The notes under the pieces were generated by a model, which was not told the origin of the DNA, searched no databases, and saw nothing but the letters and a program-made list of their open reading frames with translations. DNA of 64,000 nucleotides from Octopus vulgaris (lineage: Eukaryota): NCBI GenBank assembly GCA_951406725.2, contig OX597838.1, forward strand, positions 3,348,001 to 3,412,000, in the 5' to 3' direction. A program made the position numbers and the translations under genes. Below, piece after piece: positions 24,733 to 37,464 of this stretch. Position 1 is the stretch's first letter; each line of letters opens with the position of its first letter.

Positions 24733-24762
24733 TTATTATTATTGTCGTTTCATAGGTGCACA

Positions 24763-25520
24763 TGTGGCTGTGTGATAAGAAGTTTGGTTCCCAACTACAA
24801 GGTTCAGGGTTCAGTCCCACTATGTGGCACCTCAGTAAGTGTCTTCAACAATAACATTGGGCCAGCCAAAGAAGTGGTTTTGGTAGACAGAAACTGAAAG
24901 AATCCCAGCTGTATGCATACATATTATGTATACATATTATATATATGTATGTATGTATATAGGCATAGGAGTGGCTGTGTGGTAAGTAGCTTGCTTACCA
25001 ACCACATGGTTCTGGGTTCAGTCCCACTGCGTGGCACCTTGGGCAAGTGTCTTCTACTATATACTGTGTGTGTGTGCATATGTTTGTGTGTCTGTGTTTG
25101 TCCCCCCCAACATCGCTTGACAACCGATGCTGGTGTGTTTACGACCCCATAACTTAGTGGTTCGGCAAAAGAGACTGACAGAATAAGTACTAGGCATACA
25201 AAGAATAAGTCCTGGGGTTGATCTGCTCGACTAAAGGCGGTGCTCCAGCATGGCCACAGTCAAATGACTGAAACAAGTAAAAGAGTAAAAGAGTTATAAG
25301 CACAGGCATGGCTGTACAGGTAAGAAGCTTGCTTTCCAGTGATGTGGGCTCAGGTTCAGTCCCCACAATGTGGCACCTTGGGCAAGTGTCCTATGCTATA
25401 GCCATAGGCCAACCAAAGGCTTCTCAGTGGATTTGGTAGACAGAAACTGAAAGAAATCTACTCTGTCTGTCTGTGTGTCTGTGTGTCTGTTGCACCACCG
25501 CAACCACTTGACAACAGTTA
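24763..25520 (+). mobile_element. Three tandem SINE family B copies (central copy 24962-25293 with head and tail)
   Basis: Three heads ggctgt...ggttcagtcccac at about 24765, 24970 and 25310. Confidence 0.85.
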
Positions 25521-25708
25521 CAGGACAGTTTAGGAAGTCAAGGGTTACACAACAGTTTGGCTGTTTACGTGTGAGGGTGAGGGTGACGGGGGGGGAGCGG
25601 AGCAGAAAGAGAGGGAGAACAGTAGATTAAGGAGGGGGGGTTGATCAAGCAGGACAGGAAATGGGTGATTGGACAAGGGAGGGGTTGTTCGTTGAAATGA
25701 CAGAGAAC

Positions 25709-25762
<54 letters not shown>

Positions 25763-26019
25763 AACAGGGTAGGTGATTGAGAGGGAAAGAGCGAGCAATG
25801 AAAGAGCGAGAGAGAGAGACCGAGAGACTAAATGTTTTAATGTGGTACTTAAGAATTTGAGAGACACTTTGCTCAATTTGTGAATTGGCGTTTTGGACGC
25901 AGAGGAATGGAGCAGCAGAGAGTGTGGGAAAGGAGCAACGACACAGAATGCAAGGATTACATTATACACAGAAGATAGAGAGTGATGACAGTGTGTATGT
26001 TGAGCATGTAGAAGTTATA

Positions 26020-26393
26020 GGCGCAATGGACCAGTGGTTAGGGCAGCGGACTCGCGGTCATAGGATTGCGGTTTCGATTCCCAGACCGCGCGTTGTGAGT
26101 GTTTATTGAGCGAAAACACCTAAAACCTCCACGAGGCTCCGGCAGGGGATGGTGGTGTTCCCTGCTGTACTCTTTCACCACAACTTTCTCTCACTCTTAC
26201 TTCCTGTTTCTGTTGTACCTGTATTTCAAGGGGCCGGCCTTGTCACTCTCTGTGTCACGCTGAATATCCCCGAGAACTACGTTAAGGGTGCACGTGTCTG
26301 TGGAGTGCTCAGCCACTTACACGTTAATTTCACGAGCAGGCTGTTCCGTTGATTCGGAACCCTCATCGTCGTAACTGACGGAGTGCTTCCATA
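26020..26393 (+). mobile_element. SINE family C (body 1, tail 2) with 10-bp TSD
   Basis: Same head and body as 19459 but tail gtcacgctgaatatccccgagaactacgttaaggg...gacggagtgc. AGAAGTTATA is duplicated at 26010-26019 and 26394-26403. Confidence 0.88.
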
Positions 26394-27188
26394 AGAAGTT
26401 ATACATACATCTCTCAAAACGCCGACCCTTACGAAGGAGATGTACGTGGTACATCGCTGTACTCATGAAGACCCTGCCCACGACAACAGAATAGAGATTC
26501 TAAAACCAAAGTGCCACATAGAAAGCATTGGTGTGGGTGTCGGGTCTAAGTAAATAGCATCCGTTGCGCTTTTGGCTTTAGGAAGGGCATCCAGCTGTAG
26601 AAACCAAGCGAAAACAAACTATGGAACCGGGTGTGGCTCCTGATTTTACCAGTTCCTGTCAAGACATCCAACCCATGCCAGCATGGAAAACGGACGTTGA
26701 ATGATGATGAATCTCATCATAATTTTTAGGTCTAATTTTCTATGCTTGCATGGGTCAGATGGAGTTTATTGAAGTAGGTTTTCTTGAGCCAGATGATGCC
26801 CTTCCTGTCACCAACCCTTACTCGTTTCCAAGCCAATTAATATCCCCCCCACCCCCTGTTGCCGTTACATATTTCTCACAGAATATTGGAAATGAACGAC
26901 ACCGCTTGTATGTCAGTGACACTCATTTACAACTAGTACATGATGTCAAAACAGAGAAACACATACAAACACACAACAACCGTTTGTCAGTTTCTGTCCA
27001 TCAAACCCACTCACAACGAACCACAGAGTGGAACTGAACCTAGAATCATGTGGTTGGGAAGCAAACTTCTTAACACACAGCCATACCTCTGCCTGTACAT
27101 ATATATATATGTGTGTGTGTGTGTGTGTATATTTGTTTCAGTCATTAGTCTGTGGCCATGCTGAGGCACTGCCTTGTGTGTGTGTGTT

Positions 27189-27238
<50 letters not shown>

Positions 27239-27261
27239 AACATCAAAGGAATTTGTAGCTG

Positions 27262-27586
27262 AGATACTAGTGCCGGTGGCACGTAAGAGAACCGTCCGAA
27301 TGTGGCCGTTGCCAGCGCCGCCCCGACTTGCCTTCGTGCCGGTGGCACGTAAAAAGCACCATCCGATCGTGGCCGTTTGCCAGCCTCGTCTGGCACCTGT
27401 GCCGGTGGCACGTAAAAAGCACTCACTACACTCACAGGGCGGTTGGCATTAGGAAGGGCATCTAGCCATAGAAACACTGCCCGATCAGACTGGGCCTGGT
27501 GCAGCCTTCGGGCTTCCCAGACCCCAGTTGAACCGTCCAACCCATGCCAGCATGGAAAGCGGACGTTAAACGATGATGATGATGAT
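27262..27586 (+). mobile_element. Retroposon family D (internal hairpin repeats, (GAT)n tail)
   Basis: Three gtgccggtggcacgtaa units, then ggcattaggaagggcatc...aacccatgccagcatggaaagcggacgttaaacgatgatgat. Confidence 0.82.
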
Positions 27587-28111
27587 ATATATATATATTA
27601 TTATAAGAATTCATTAAACGGAGTTCAATGAATGTCGTCAAATAAAATGAAATGAAGCAGATTTTGTTGTTAATGATGGAATTTTTCATTTACTCAATTA
27701 TCCTAGACAGCTGGGATATATATTTATATTTATTTAACAAAAAACAAAAGGCTAATTCAAAACATCACTACATCTGTTTCAATAACATGGTTTAAACCCA
27801 GATACGGCATTCATTACATAGCATATTAGAGAAACATTCATGTTCTGTAACAGATTTCATGTTTGAGAAGAAACCACACTACCGAAACGTGTGTAGGGAT
27901 GCTTTGCACTATCTGCTGCACAGGACGTACCAATTGTACCAATTGTTCCTTTGATACAAACACAGGTTTTCAGAATACCCAAGACCAGCAAACAGCTGTT
28001 TATTCAACTCTATGGACAGCTGAATTACGTGCAATTTTCAGCAGGTAAGAATGAATTAACTTGCAGCAGACAGACATCCCATTCGAGGGGAGGAATATAC
28101 AGGGTGGCCCA

Positions 28112-28621
28112 ATGCTAGCGGAGCGCAAAGGGCACTATCCGAGCGTGATTGTTGCCAGAGCAGCTAACTGGCTTCCATGCCAGTGGCACGTAAAAAGCAC
28201 CATTCGAGCGTGATCGTCACCAGTGTCACCTTACTGTCACTTGTGCCGGTGGCATGTGAAAAAACATTCCAGTGAGGTCATTGCCGGTGCTGCTGGACTG
28301 GCTCCTGTGCAGGTGGCATGTAAAAGAGACCATTCGAGCGTGATAGTTACCAGTGTCGCCTTACTGGCACTTGTGCCGGTGGCATGTGAAAAAAACATTC
28401 GAGCGAGATCTTTGCCAGTACTGCCTGACTGGCCCTCGTGCCAGTGGCATGTAAAAGCACCCACTACACTCTTGGAGTGGTTGGCATTAGGAAGGGCATC
28501 CAGCTGTAGAAACTCTGCCAGATCAGATTGGGGCCTGGTGCAGCCATCTGGTTCACCAGTCCTCAGTCAAATTGTCCAACCCATGCTAGCATGGAAAGCG
28601 GACGTTAAACAATGATGATGA
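28112..28621 (+). mobile_element. Retroposon family D
   Basis: Five roughly 65-bp internal units plus the common 3' tail ending (GAT)n. Confidence 0.82.
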
Positions 28622-29096
28622 TATACACAGTGTACATGCATACATGCACTCATAAACACACACACAAATTAGTCTTAAAAAGTTTATCTATAGAAAAAAA
28701 AAGTTTAGTTGTTAAGATACAATAGTTTAGTTTTAAAAGAGCACTTCTGTGCGTGTGTGTTCGTATAATATTCTGTACATAAATGCGCACATAGAAAAAT
28801 GTGTGTGTATAATAGAATACACATGGAGCTATTGAAATCGGTTGATAAGAGGCTTTTGAAGTGCTGTTTCGTTTGTGTATGTGCATCGTGTGCACACACA
28901 ACTTGCACTTGTAATTTATGTACAATGTAGCTCTTAACATATACACAATCACACACATATCTGTTGAAAAAAATGTCCAAAAACTCAAAGTACACCACTT
29001 TATGTTCATACATACATAAAGTGTACTCCAAGAGGCACCTTTCAAATGAATACAATACACACATAGATGTCTGTGTTATGAATATAATAACTCAGT

Positions 29097-29616
29097 CACA
29101 ATGACAAAAGTTCCAGCTGGCCTGATTGACCGAACAGCCTGGTCATGAAATTAACGTGCAAGTGGCTGAGCACTCCACAGACATGTAACCCTTTCGATAC
29201 CAACCTGGCTGAAACCGGCTTTGGCTCTGTAGTACAAATGTCTTGTTTTCATAAGTTTTGAATTAAAATCTTCCACCAAACGTCACAATTTATGTTCCTA
29301 ACACCAGCTTAATGATAACTAAGTTATTTTACTAAATTCTTTGTTATATTTAAAGTAATTGGAAGAAACACAGAGCATCTCAACAGAAATATGGTAAAAA
29401 AAGGGTTAATGTGGTTCTCAAAGAGATTCAGTGTGACGCAGGATGTGACAAGGCCGGCTGTTTTAAATTACAAGTACATCTCATATTTTTGCCAGCTGAG
29501 TGGACTGGAGCAACGTGAAATAAAGTGTCTTGCTCAAGGACACAACGTGTCACCGGGAATTGAACTTATGACCTTACAACCATGAGTCAAATACCTTAAC
29601 CACTAGACCATGTGCC
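29097..29616 (-). mobile_element. SINE family C (body 2, tail 2) interrupted by a family E MITE
   Basis: tRNA head, CORE-like gtgtccttgagcaagacact, and tail 2 split by 29189-29405. Confidence 0.8.
29189..29405. mobile_element. piggyBac-type MITE family E
   Basis: taa|CCCTTTCGATACC...GGTAAAAAAAGGG|ttaa; inserted at the TTAA present in uninterrupted tail 2 copies. Confidence 0.82.
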
Positions 29617-29649
29617 TTCATGTATACATACAGACACACACACAAACTA

Positions 29650-29953
29650 GCATTCCGTCGGTTCCAGTTTACTCAATCAATGGAACAGCCTGCTTGTGAA
29701 ATTAACATGCAAGTGGTCGAGTACTCCATAGACGTGTGTAACCTTTAACGTATTTCTCAGGGAGATTCATCATGACACAATGTGTGACAAGGCTGGCCCT
29801 TTTGAAATACAGGTACAACTCATGTTTGCCAGTTGACTGGACTGGAGCAACATGAAATAAAGTGTTTTGCTCAAGGACACAATGCATCACCAGGAATTGA
29901 ACTCACGACCTTACAATCACAAGCTGAATACCCTAACCACTTAGCCATGCGCC
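29650..29953 (-). mobile_element. SINE family C (body 2, tail 2)
   Basis: Colinear with 29097-29616 minus the MITE. Confidence 0.8.
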
Positions 29954-30304
29954 TTTACGTGTCATGTTTGTTGACGACATAAGAATTTTGTAAACTTTCA
30001 AGGGTTTTTTTATGGAAGGGTGGATCTCGAAGCAAATAAATATTGGATGGAAAACTTCTTTTGGATAGAAAAAGTCGAATTGGAGGCTGCCCATGGGGAC
30101 ACTAATGCCCCACCCCCATCTCCTGTAAACATGACAATGGTAGAACATCTGTACAGTAAGAACTTTGCTTCTCAACCACATGTTTCCAGGTTGAGTCTGA
30201 TTGTGTGGCACCATAGTCAAGGGTCTTCTACCAGAGCACCAGGCTGACCAAAACCTTGAGTGGATTTGGTAGATGAAACTGAAAGGGATGCACATCTGTT
30301 ATAA

Positions 30305-31290
30305 TGGTTTCAAATTTTGCCACAAGGGCAGCAACTTTGGGGGGAGGGGAGTAGTCGATCACATCACCCCCAGTATATAACTGGTGCTTATTTCATCAAC
30401 CCTGATAGGATGAAAGGCAAAGTTGACCTTGGCAGAATTTGAACTCAATGGAGTGACTGGCGAAATGCCACTAAGCAATTTGCCCCGTGTGCTAACAATT
30501 CTCCCAGCTCGACACTTTAATAATAATAATAATAATAATCTTTCTACAATAAGCACAAAGCCTGAAATTTTGGGAAGGGGGCCAGTCGATTACATTGACA
30601 CCCCAGCAATCAACTGGTACTTAATTTATCGACCCCAAAAGGATGAAAGGCAAAGTCGACCTCAGTGGAATTTGAACTCAGAATGTAGTGACAGGCAAAC
30701 TACTGCTAAGCATTTCGCCTGATGTGCTAACAATTCGGCCAGCACACTATCTTCATAATAACAACAACAACAACAATAATTTCTAATGTTGACACAAGGC
30801 CAGCAATTTCAGGAGAGGTGATAAGTCAATTACAGTGACACCCCCAGTATGCAACTGGTACTTAGTTTATCGACCCTGAAAGGATGAAAGGCAAAGGTGA
30901 CCCCAGCAGAATTTGAACTCAGAACACGAAGATGGACGAAATTCCTCAAAGCATTTTGCCCAGAGCACCAAAGATTCTACCAGTTTGCTGCTTTAATAAT
31001 AACAATAAGAATAATAATAACAATAATACTTTCTGCTGTAGAGACAAAGCCTGAATTTTTAAATGGGGGGAGGGGGTTACATCAACCCCAGTGCTCAGCT
31101 GGTACTTACTTTATTGACCCCAAAGGGATGAAGGCAAAGTCAACACCTCTCTCTCAACAGAATAAATAATACTGGCTCAAGGCCAACAGTTTTGAGGGGA
31201 GGGGAAGTCAACTACAATCAACAGTCAGAATGAAATTTAAATTCATTGAACCTCAAAAAGGATGAAAGGAGAAGTTGACCTCAGTAGAAT
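30305..31290 (-). mobile_element. Tandem run of 4-5 SINE family A copies
   Basis: Units start at about 30305, 30539, 30780, 31030 and 31175, each with a ggatgaaaggcaaag-type core; most are separated by (AAT)/(AAC)n. Confidence 0.8.
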
Positions 31291-31297
31291 AAAGATT

Positions 31298-32115
31298 ATA
31301 CACATATATATGCATAGAATATATACATATCATACATACGCATATATACATTATATACATTTTATATACACATATACATTATATTCATATATACACATAT
31401 ATACATTATATTCATATATACACATATATACATTATATTCATATATATACACAAATATTATATACATAGATACACATATTCGCATATATATATATATATA
31501 ATATATACACATTCGCATATATACATTTTATATACATACAAATATTCACATATATAAATACATGTGCGCATATATATATTATGTACATATATACGCATAT
31601 CTATTACATATATACGCATACATATTAAACATATATACGCATATATATTATATACGTACACACATTTGCATACATATATTATACATATACACATTCGCAT
31701 ATATATATATATTATATACATATATACGCATATATACATATATTATATACATATATACGCATATATACATATATACACATATATACATATATACGCATAT
31801 ATACATATGCGTATATACACATATACGCATATATACATATGCGTATATACACATATACGCATATATACATATACACATATGTGCATATACGCATATGTAC
31901 ATATATGTATATACACATATATACATATACGTATATACACATACGCTTATACATATATACATGCATATATAATATATACACATATTCGCATATATATATA
32001 CATATACACACACTATATACACGTATATACATATACACACATTATGTACATATATACAGATTATACACACATACATATGAATATATATGTGTGTATGTGT
32101 GTACATATATATGCT
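31298..32115. repeat. Compound (TA/CA) microsatellite with roughly 18-bp higher-order units
   Basis: atatacgcatatatacat-type units recur over about 800 nt. Confidence 0.85.
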
Positions 32116-32209
32116 AAATACACATGCATCCAATATGCAAATTCGGTTGGAAAAAGTTTTCCTACACTTTTGCACACTGCCGCTTACAAGTGTGAGGGAA
32201 TGTCTGCAA

Positions 32210-32245
<36 letters not shown>

Positions 32246-32939
32246 ATAAGTGAGAAAGTATTTGCAAGTATGTGAGTGTATATGTACGAAACGTCTATGA
32301 CAAGGACAGGTACACACACACACAAATACGTATACACACACACACAGAGTGAAACACAAACATCAGTTGCAAAGTTTCTCTACTGCCTCAAGATAATTTG
32401 AAGCGCACTAGTAATATGTAGGTGTGTGTGTGTATGTATGTATGAGTGTGTGTGTGTGTGTGTGATATCTGTAACCCAGTTTATGTGAGTTTGCTTTGCA
32501 AAGATTTTGTGTGTGTGTGTGTGTAAGCTATATTATACACACAATGTTTGCCTATTACATTAACTATGTGTGTGTGTGTGTGTGTATAGGATATATACAC
32601 ATAGATGTAGATACATACACATTTAAGTGTGCGCGTGTAATATACACAGATTGCACACAGATATACGTGTGTGTGTGTGTGTGTGTGTGTACGCCAACCT
32701 GTATTACTCAGTGTGTGTGTGTGTGTGTGTATGAATGCATGTATGTATGTGTATACCATCCTGTGTTTAAATGTGTGTGTTCTGGGCTGACTCCAGTGTA
32801 CGTGCAAGAGATAGAAAAGGAGAGAGAGAGAGAGAGAGAGAAAGCGAGCGGGTGATTAAGTGAGCAAGCACCCCTTTCCTATCCAAGTAAACCAACTTGC
32901 AAGTGAGAGAGAGAGAGAGAGAAAAGGAGAGAGAGAGAG

Positions 32940-33677
32940 AAAGTAAAGCAAACGAACTGTCGGCGGCGGCGGCGGAGGCAGCGGCAGAGGCAGAGGGAGA
33001 GGAGGGGAGGAGAGTGGGTGCAGCAGTGAGTTATCTCAATTTAGTAACTGACCTTTCAGAATCTGGCAGGCCAAGTAGAGGGATAGGAGCGGGGTGGTTT
33101 CGAATCCCACTAACCTACTTAGACAGCTACTGACTGACTACTCTCTTTCTCTCTCACTCACTCACTCTGTATATACATATGTGCTTGCATGTGTGTGTGT
33201 GTGTGTGTGTGTTTAATGGTAGTGCAACAGTATGGTTGCTAGTGGCAATTAAAACATCGCCCAGGGCGGCGGCGGCGGTGGCGATGGTGTTGCATGTATT
33301 ATTATATATAAATGTGTGTAATGTGTGTGTGTGTGTGTGTGTACACGCTTACAGACGGAGGGTGGTGTCGGGGTGGATGAAGAATTGACAAAATTTAGAG
33401 AAAGAGTTAAAAAAAAAAAAGAACAGAGAACGAACGAGTTAAAAGAAAAATGAAGTTTACGCGCGAAAGAGACTGGAATAAAAGAGATGCAGAGAGAAAA
33501 GAAGAAGTTTAATACCACGAGTTAGGAATTGCAGATCGCAGTATTCATATACATCTGTATGTATGTATAAATATATGTATATATACATATATATATACAC
33601 ACACATACATAGTGTATGTATATTACACATAACTGTATTCAATGCATGTATATTACAGTGTGTGTGTATATAAATGC

Positions 33678-33708
<31 letters not shown>

Positions 33709-33830
33709 CGTACATACACACACAACATAAATATATATACATACACACACAACATATATATATATATATATACACACACATACATAGTGTATGTATATTA
33801 CACATAACTATTCAATGCATGTATATTACA

Positions 33831-33861
<31 letters not shown>

Positions 33862-34028
33862 CACACCCACAACATAAATATATACATACACTACACATAC
33901 ACACAACATATATATATATATACACACACACACAAAATATATATATATATACACACACACACAAAACATATATATATATATACACACCCACAACATAAAT
34001 ATATACATACACTACACACAGACACAAC

Positions 34029-34059
<31 letters not shown>

Positions 34060-34123
34060 AAACATATATATATATACACACACACAAAAACATATATATA
34101 CACACACACACACACACAAAACA

Positions 34124-34161
<38 letters not shown>

Positions 34162-34164
34162 AAC

Positions 34165-34195
<31 letters not shown>

Positions 34196-34766
34196 CACAC
34201 ACACAACATAAATATACATACACTACACACACAACATAGATAAGCACACATTACAGGCACACAGAGTGAAAAAATACTGCCGGCATTTCATTCTGCCTCC
34301 CCCTTCCCAGCAACAACCTTGTCCTCTTTCCCTTCTTCTCCCTCCTCCTCCTACTCCTCCAGTGTTGTCACCTGTCTTTTTGTAATCCACCTGCTAATGA
34401 CAGAGCCCCGAGATTATTATTATTATTATTGTTGTTGTTGTTGTTAACCACAACCGACGCGCTCACCACCACCACCACCACCACACAGAAGGAAGGAGAG
34501 AGAGAGAGAAAGGGAAGGATTGTGTTTAGTTCGAGTCGACATCAACGCCGCCACATCAATAACAACTACATCGAATGCTCTTTCTCTCTCTCTCTCTCTC
34601 GTCCACACTTCGCCTTCTCTTTAAATGCAGTGGTGGTGGTCGTATGTGAGGAGGGATAGGAGATAGCTTTTTTTTTTTTTTTGTAGCATTTTTTTAAGGA
34701 AGAAGGAAGGGATTTGAAAGGGCGAACGAAACCGAAAAGTAGGAAGAGGTAGGAGGTCACGATGGT

Positions 34767-34798
<32 letters not shown>

Positions 34799-35234
34799 TA
34801 GTAGCAGTAGTAGTAGCGAAAGCGCTGAAGACGAGGGCCTGCCACCCTCGTTGCGTCTGTTAGCCACCCCGTGTCGTCGCAGCACCCTCAGTAGTTGCCA
34901 TCGCCGTCCGCTGCCGGCGCTGCAGAGATATGCAGTGTCCCACAGCCGACAACAATCTATCTCTCTCTATCTCTCTCTGCTTCGGAAATCCCGGTGAAGA
35001 GAGAGAGACGACACCCCAGGGGTGGATGTGAACAGGTCATTCACCTTCACCAGGCGGCTGGTTCGAGGTTCGAAGTAAAAAAACGAGACACACAGAAAGG
35101 GGCGGGTTGGATGCCTGGTTTTACAATAATAATAATAATAATAATAAATGCGAGGGTACGCTTCACAAAGGGCACTGTGTGTGTGTGTGTATGCATGTAT
35201 GTGTGATTGATTGTGCGTGAACGTGAGGTGCTGT

Positions 35235-35268
<34 letters not shown>

Positions 35269-35620
35269 ATCAATGCGCTTTGAGTAATGAGTGTCGATGT
35301 GTGTCAGCCGAAGTGTGAGGTGAGAGCCGACTTTGTTATAAAAAGCAGAAAAGGAGATCAGCTCTATTTTTAGCACTGATTTTAGATTATCTCGCAGGAT
35401 AATACAAACACGTAGTTGAACCAATCCTCTCCATTCATTTCTACTCCTCTCACTCTCACTCACTCTCTCTCTCATATAGTCCTGAAAGTGGCGGCGTCGG
35501 CGGTGTGCTGGTGATGATAGGGTGGTAGGAGCTGTTGGTGGTGGCGGTGCGTTATTGTGGTGGTGGTGGTTCGTTTGGTTGGTGGTGATGCTGCTACAGC
35601 TAAGGCGACGGTGTGCAGGA
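32940..35620. promoter_or_regulatory. CpG-retaining, SINE-free region; candidate promoter/enhancer
   Basis: (GGC)n runs and frequent CG at 32940-33540 and 34400-35620; no recognisable SINE/MITE between about 31300 and 35620, unlike the flanks. Confidence 0.4.
33550..34240. repeat. Compound (CA)n-AAA-(TA)n minisatellite
   Basis: cacacacaaaacatatatatatata units recur. Confidence 0.85.
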
Positions 35621-36315
35621 AAAGTTGAATGCTGTTTTAAAGCTTCTGGTCAACCCCGATCAAAGCGGGGTTATGACCGGAGGCGTTCCAGCCGTGATCA
35701 TCCCGTCTTTTTCAGAACTGCGCATCTGGGACTACACGTACTCAAATGTGTCCTTAGACAAGCTAATACAAGGAAGGTCTCGCAGTTATTTCTAGCAGAA
35801 TGTACGGCCATGTAAGGTCTCATGGCCAGTTGCTTGGGGCCTCATGGGTCTAAGGACTCATCTCTAATCCATTTACATCATGGCTCGCGGTTAATAAAGA
35901 GATATTTTAGGGCGCAGTGCACAGATTTGCCTGAGGGGTCAATAATGCTAAAACAGTCCTGTTGCTATGGTAATGTTTCGCCCAAGGTCGGTCCTGACGG
36001 AGCCGACCTATCTATGATCGAATACATACTGGCCGTATGACCACCTGGTTCTTTTCAGGGATACATTAGAGCAGTAGCTCCCAAACTTTCTCAGGCTGCT
36101 CCACCCCTGCTTGGCACCCAGGCCACATTCCTAGCACCCCTCACTCTCCCCACCACAAATACAGACCACTTTCTGCAGCAAATTCAAAACTTAAACCTAA
36201 TGGGTTTTTTTTTCCACATCTATCACCCGTTAAAGAACTCGGAAGGCTTGGGCCTCCAGCCAGGCCTTTCGCGATATCCTTAATGCCAGGAATTTTTCAG
36301 CACATCGTGTGTGTT

Positions 36316-36379
<64 letters not shown>

Positions 36380-36539
36380 AAAATACAAAATGAGACAAGA
36401 ACGCAAAACTTTTATATAGACGATACAAAAACACGGACGGGTCATTCGAAGCCTTTAATCTTCAGTCAAAAACCGGATCATCCTCGCAATTTCGGCTGAT
36501 AAATCTTGATACATACATATATATATATATGATTAATCT

Positions 36540-36585
<46 letters not shown>

Positions 36586-36589
<4 letters not shown>

Positions 36590-36805
36590 CATGTGATCTC
36601 TTGAGCACCACCAGCTCAAATATTTTCTCCTCTGTCTTCCCTTCTTGGGATCTTTCCTTCTCCTTGTTTCCGACGAAGAGCTCCGCTCGAAACGTTAAAC
36701 CCTCCTTCCCTTCTTTCCTGAGCGTCAATAATACTTTAATTGTTCCACGTCCTGCGTTGCTGTGTTTTTTTCTCTTTTTTTCTGTGTTTTCTTGTTTGGA
36801 TTAAC
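36586..36805 (+). mobile_element. Probable Penelope-like element terminal-repeat remnant inserted in (TA)n
   Basis: A roughly 220-nt pyrimidine-rich unit containing the hammerhead-like motif, bounded by (TA)n on both sides. Confidence 0.45.
36666..36700 (+). ncRNA. Minimal hammerhead-like motif with core variant CCGACGA
   Basis: GTTT-CCGACGA-A-GAGC-tcc-GCTC-GAAAC-GTT-AAAC gives stem I GTTT/AAAC, stem II GAGC/GCTC and an intact palindromic ACGT. Confidence 0.55.
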
Positions 36806-37464
36806 TATATATATATACATACACACATATAGATAGATATGTATATTCAGGACAGTAGGGTGTAACATTATGTGTCAGTTTATGTCGAACAGATCTGCTG
36901 GAGATAAGTTTCAAATGGGTTAATCACTGCAGTTGGCTCACAAATGCAGTGAACCACAAAATGGTTCGCTGCAGGTGTCACAGTGTCAATGGTATCAAAA
37001 GTGTCACCAGCTGGGAAAGCTTGAAATTAAAAGGACAAGTCCGTTTATACACACACACATACACACACTGCCACCACTATACAACCAAAAATAGAACACA
37101 CATATACTGCTAGCAGTAACTGGCCTAGACCAGGTTTCATTTATCTTTCATTTCTTGCAGCCACTGGTCGGTGGCCATGCTGGGGCAGTCGGCAACTGCC
37201 ACTGCTCTCACTCGACAGCAGCATTTGGCCGGTGTTTAGACAGAAACCGGCAAGTGAAAATAAGTACCTGGTTCAAGGATAGAACATGCTGCCTGACCAA
37301 GGAATTGAACCTACATCCTGATGATCCTGAGCTCATCACTTCAAACCACTCAGCCACGGAGTTACGTTTCAAGCTTTGCACTGCTGGAGGGGACTGAAGG
37401 TTTACACAGAGGTACATCTTTCGAAGACCATAGGCTAGGGTACTCTTTCTCATAATTTCTCTAA

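Noticed and set aside
27860-27900. ccgaaacgt as a further hammerhead
   Set aside because: No upstream CUGANGA box or stem II can be formed.
27262-28621. CRISPR-like look of palindromic GTGCCGGTGGCAC repeats with intervening sequence
   Set aside because: The intervening segments are homologous to each other, the arrays lie inside a dispersed retroposon with a (GAT)n tail, there are no cas genes, and the DNA is eukaryotic.
31262-34260. Many overlapping Y/I/H/T/C/V-rich ORFs (also near 2.5-3.1, 10.2-11, 51.7-52.2 and 57-59 kb)
   Set aside because: Stop-free frames produced by (TA/CA/TG)n microsatellites.
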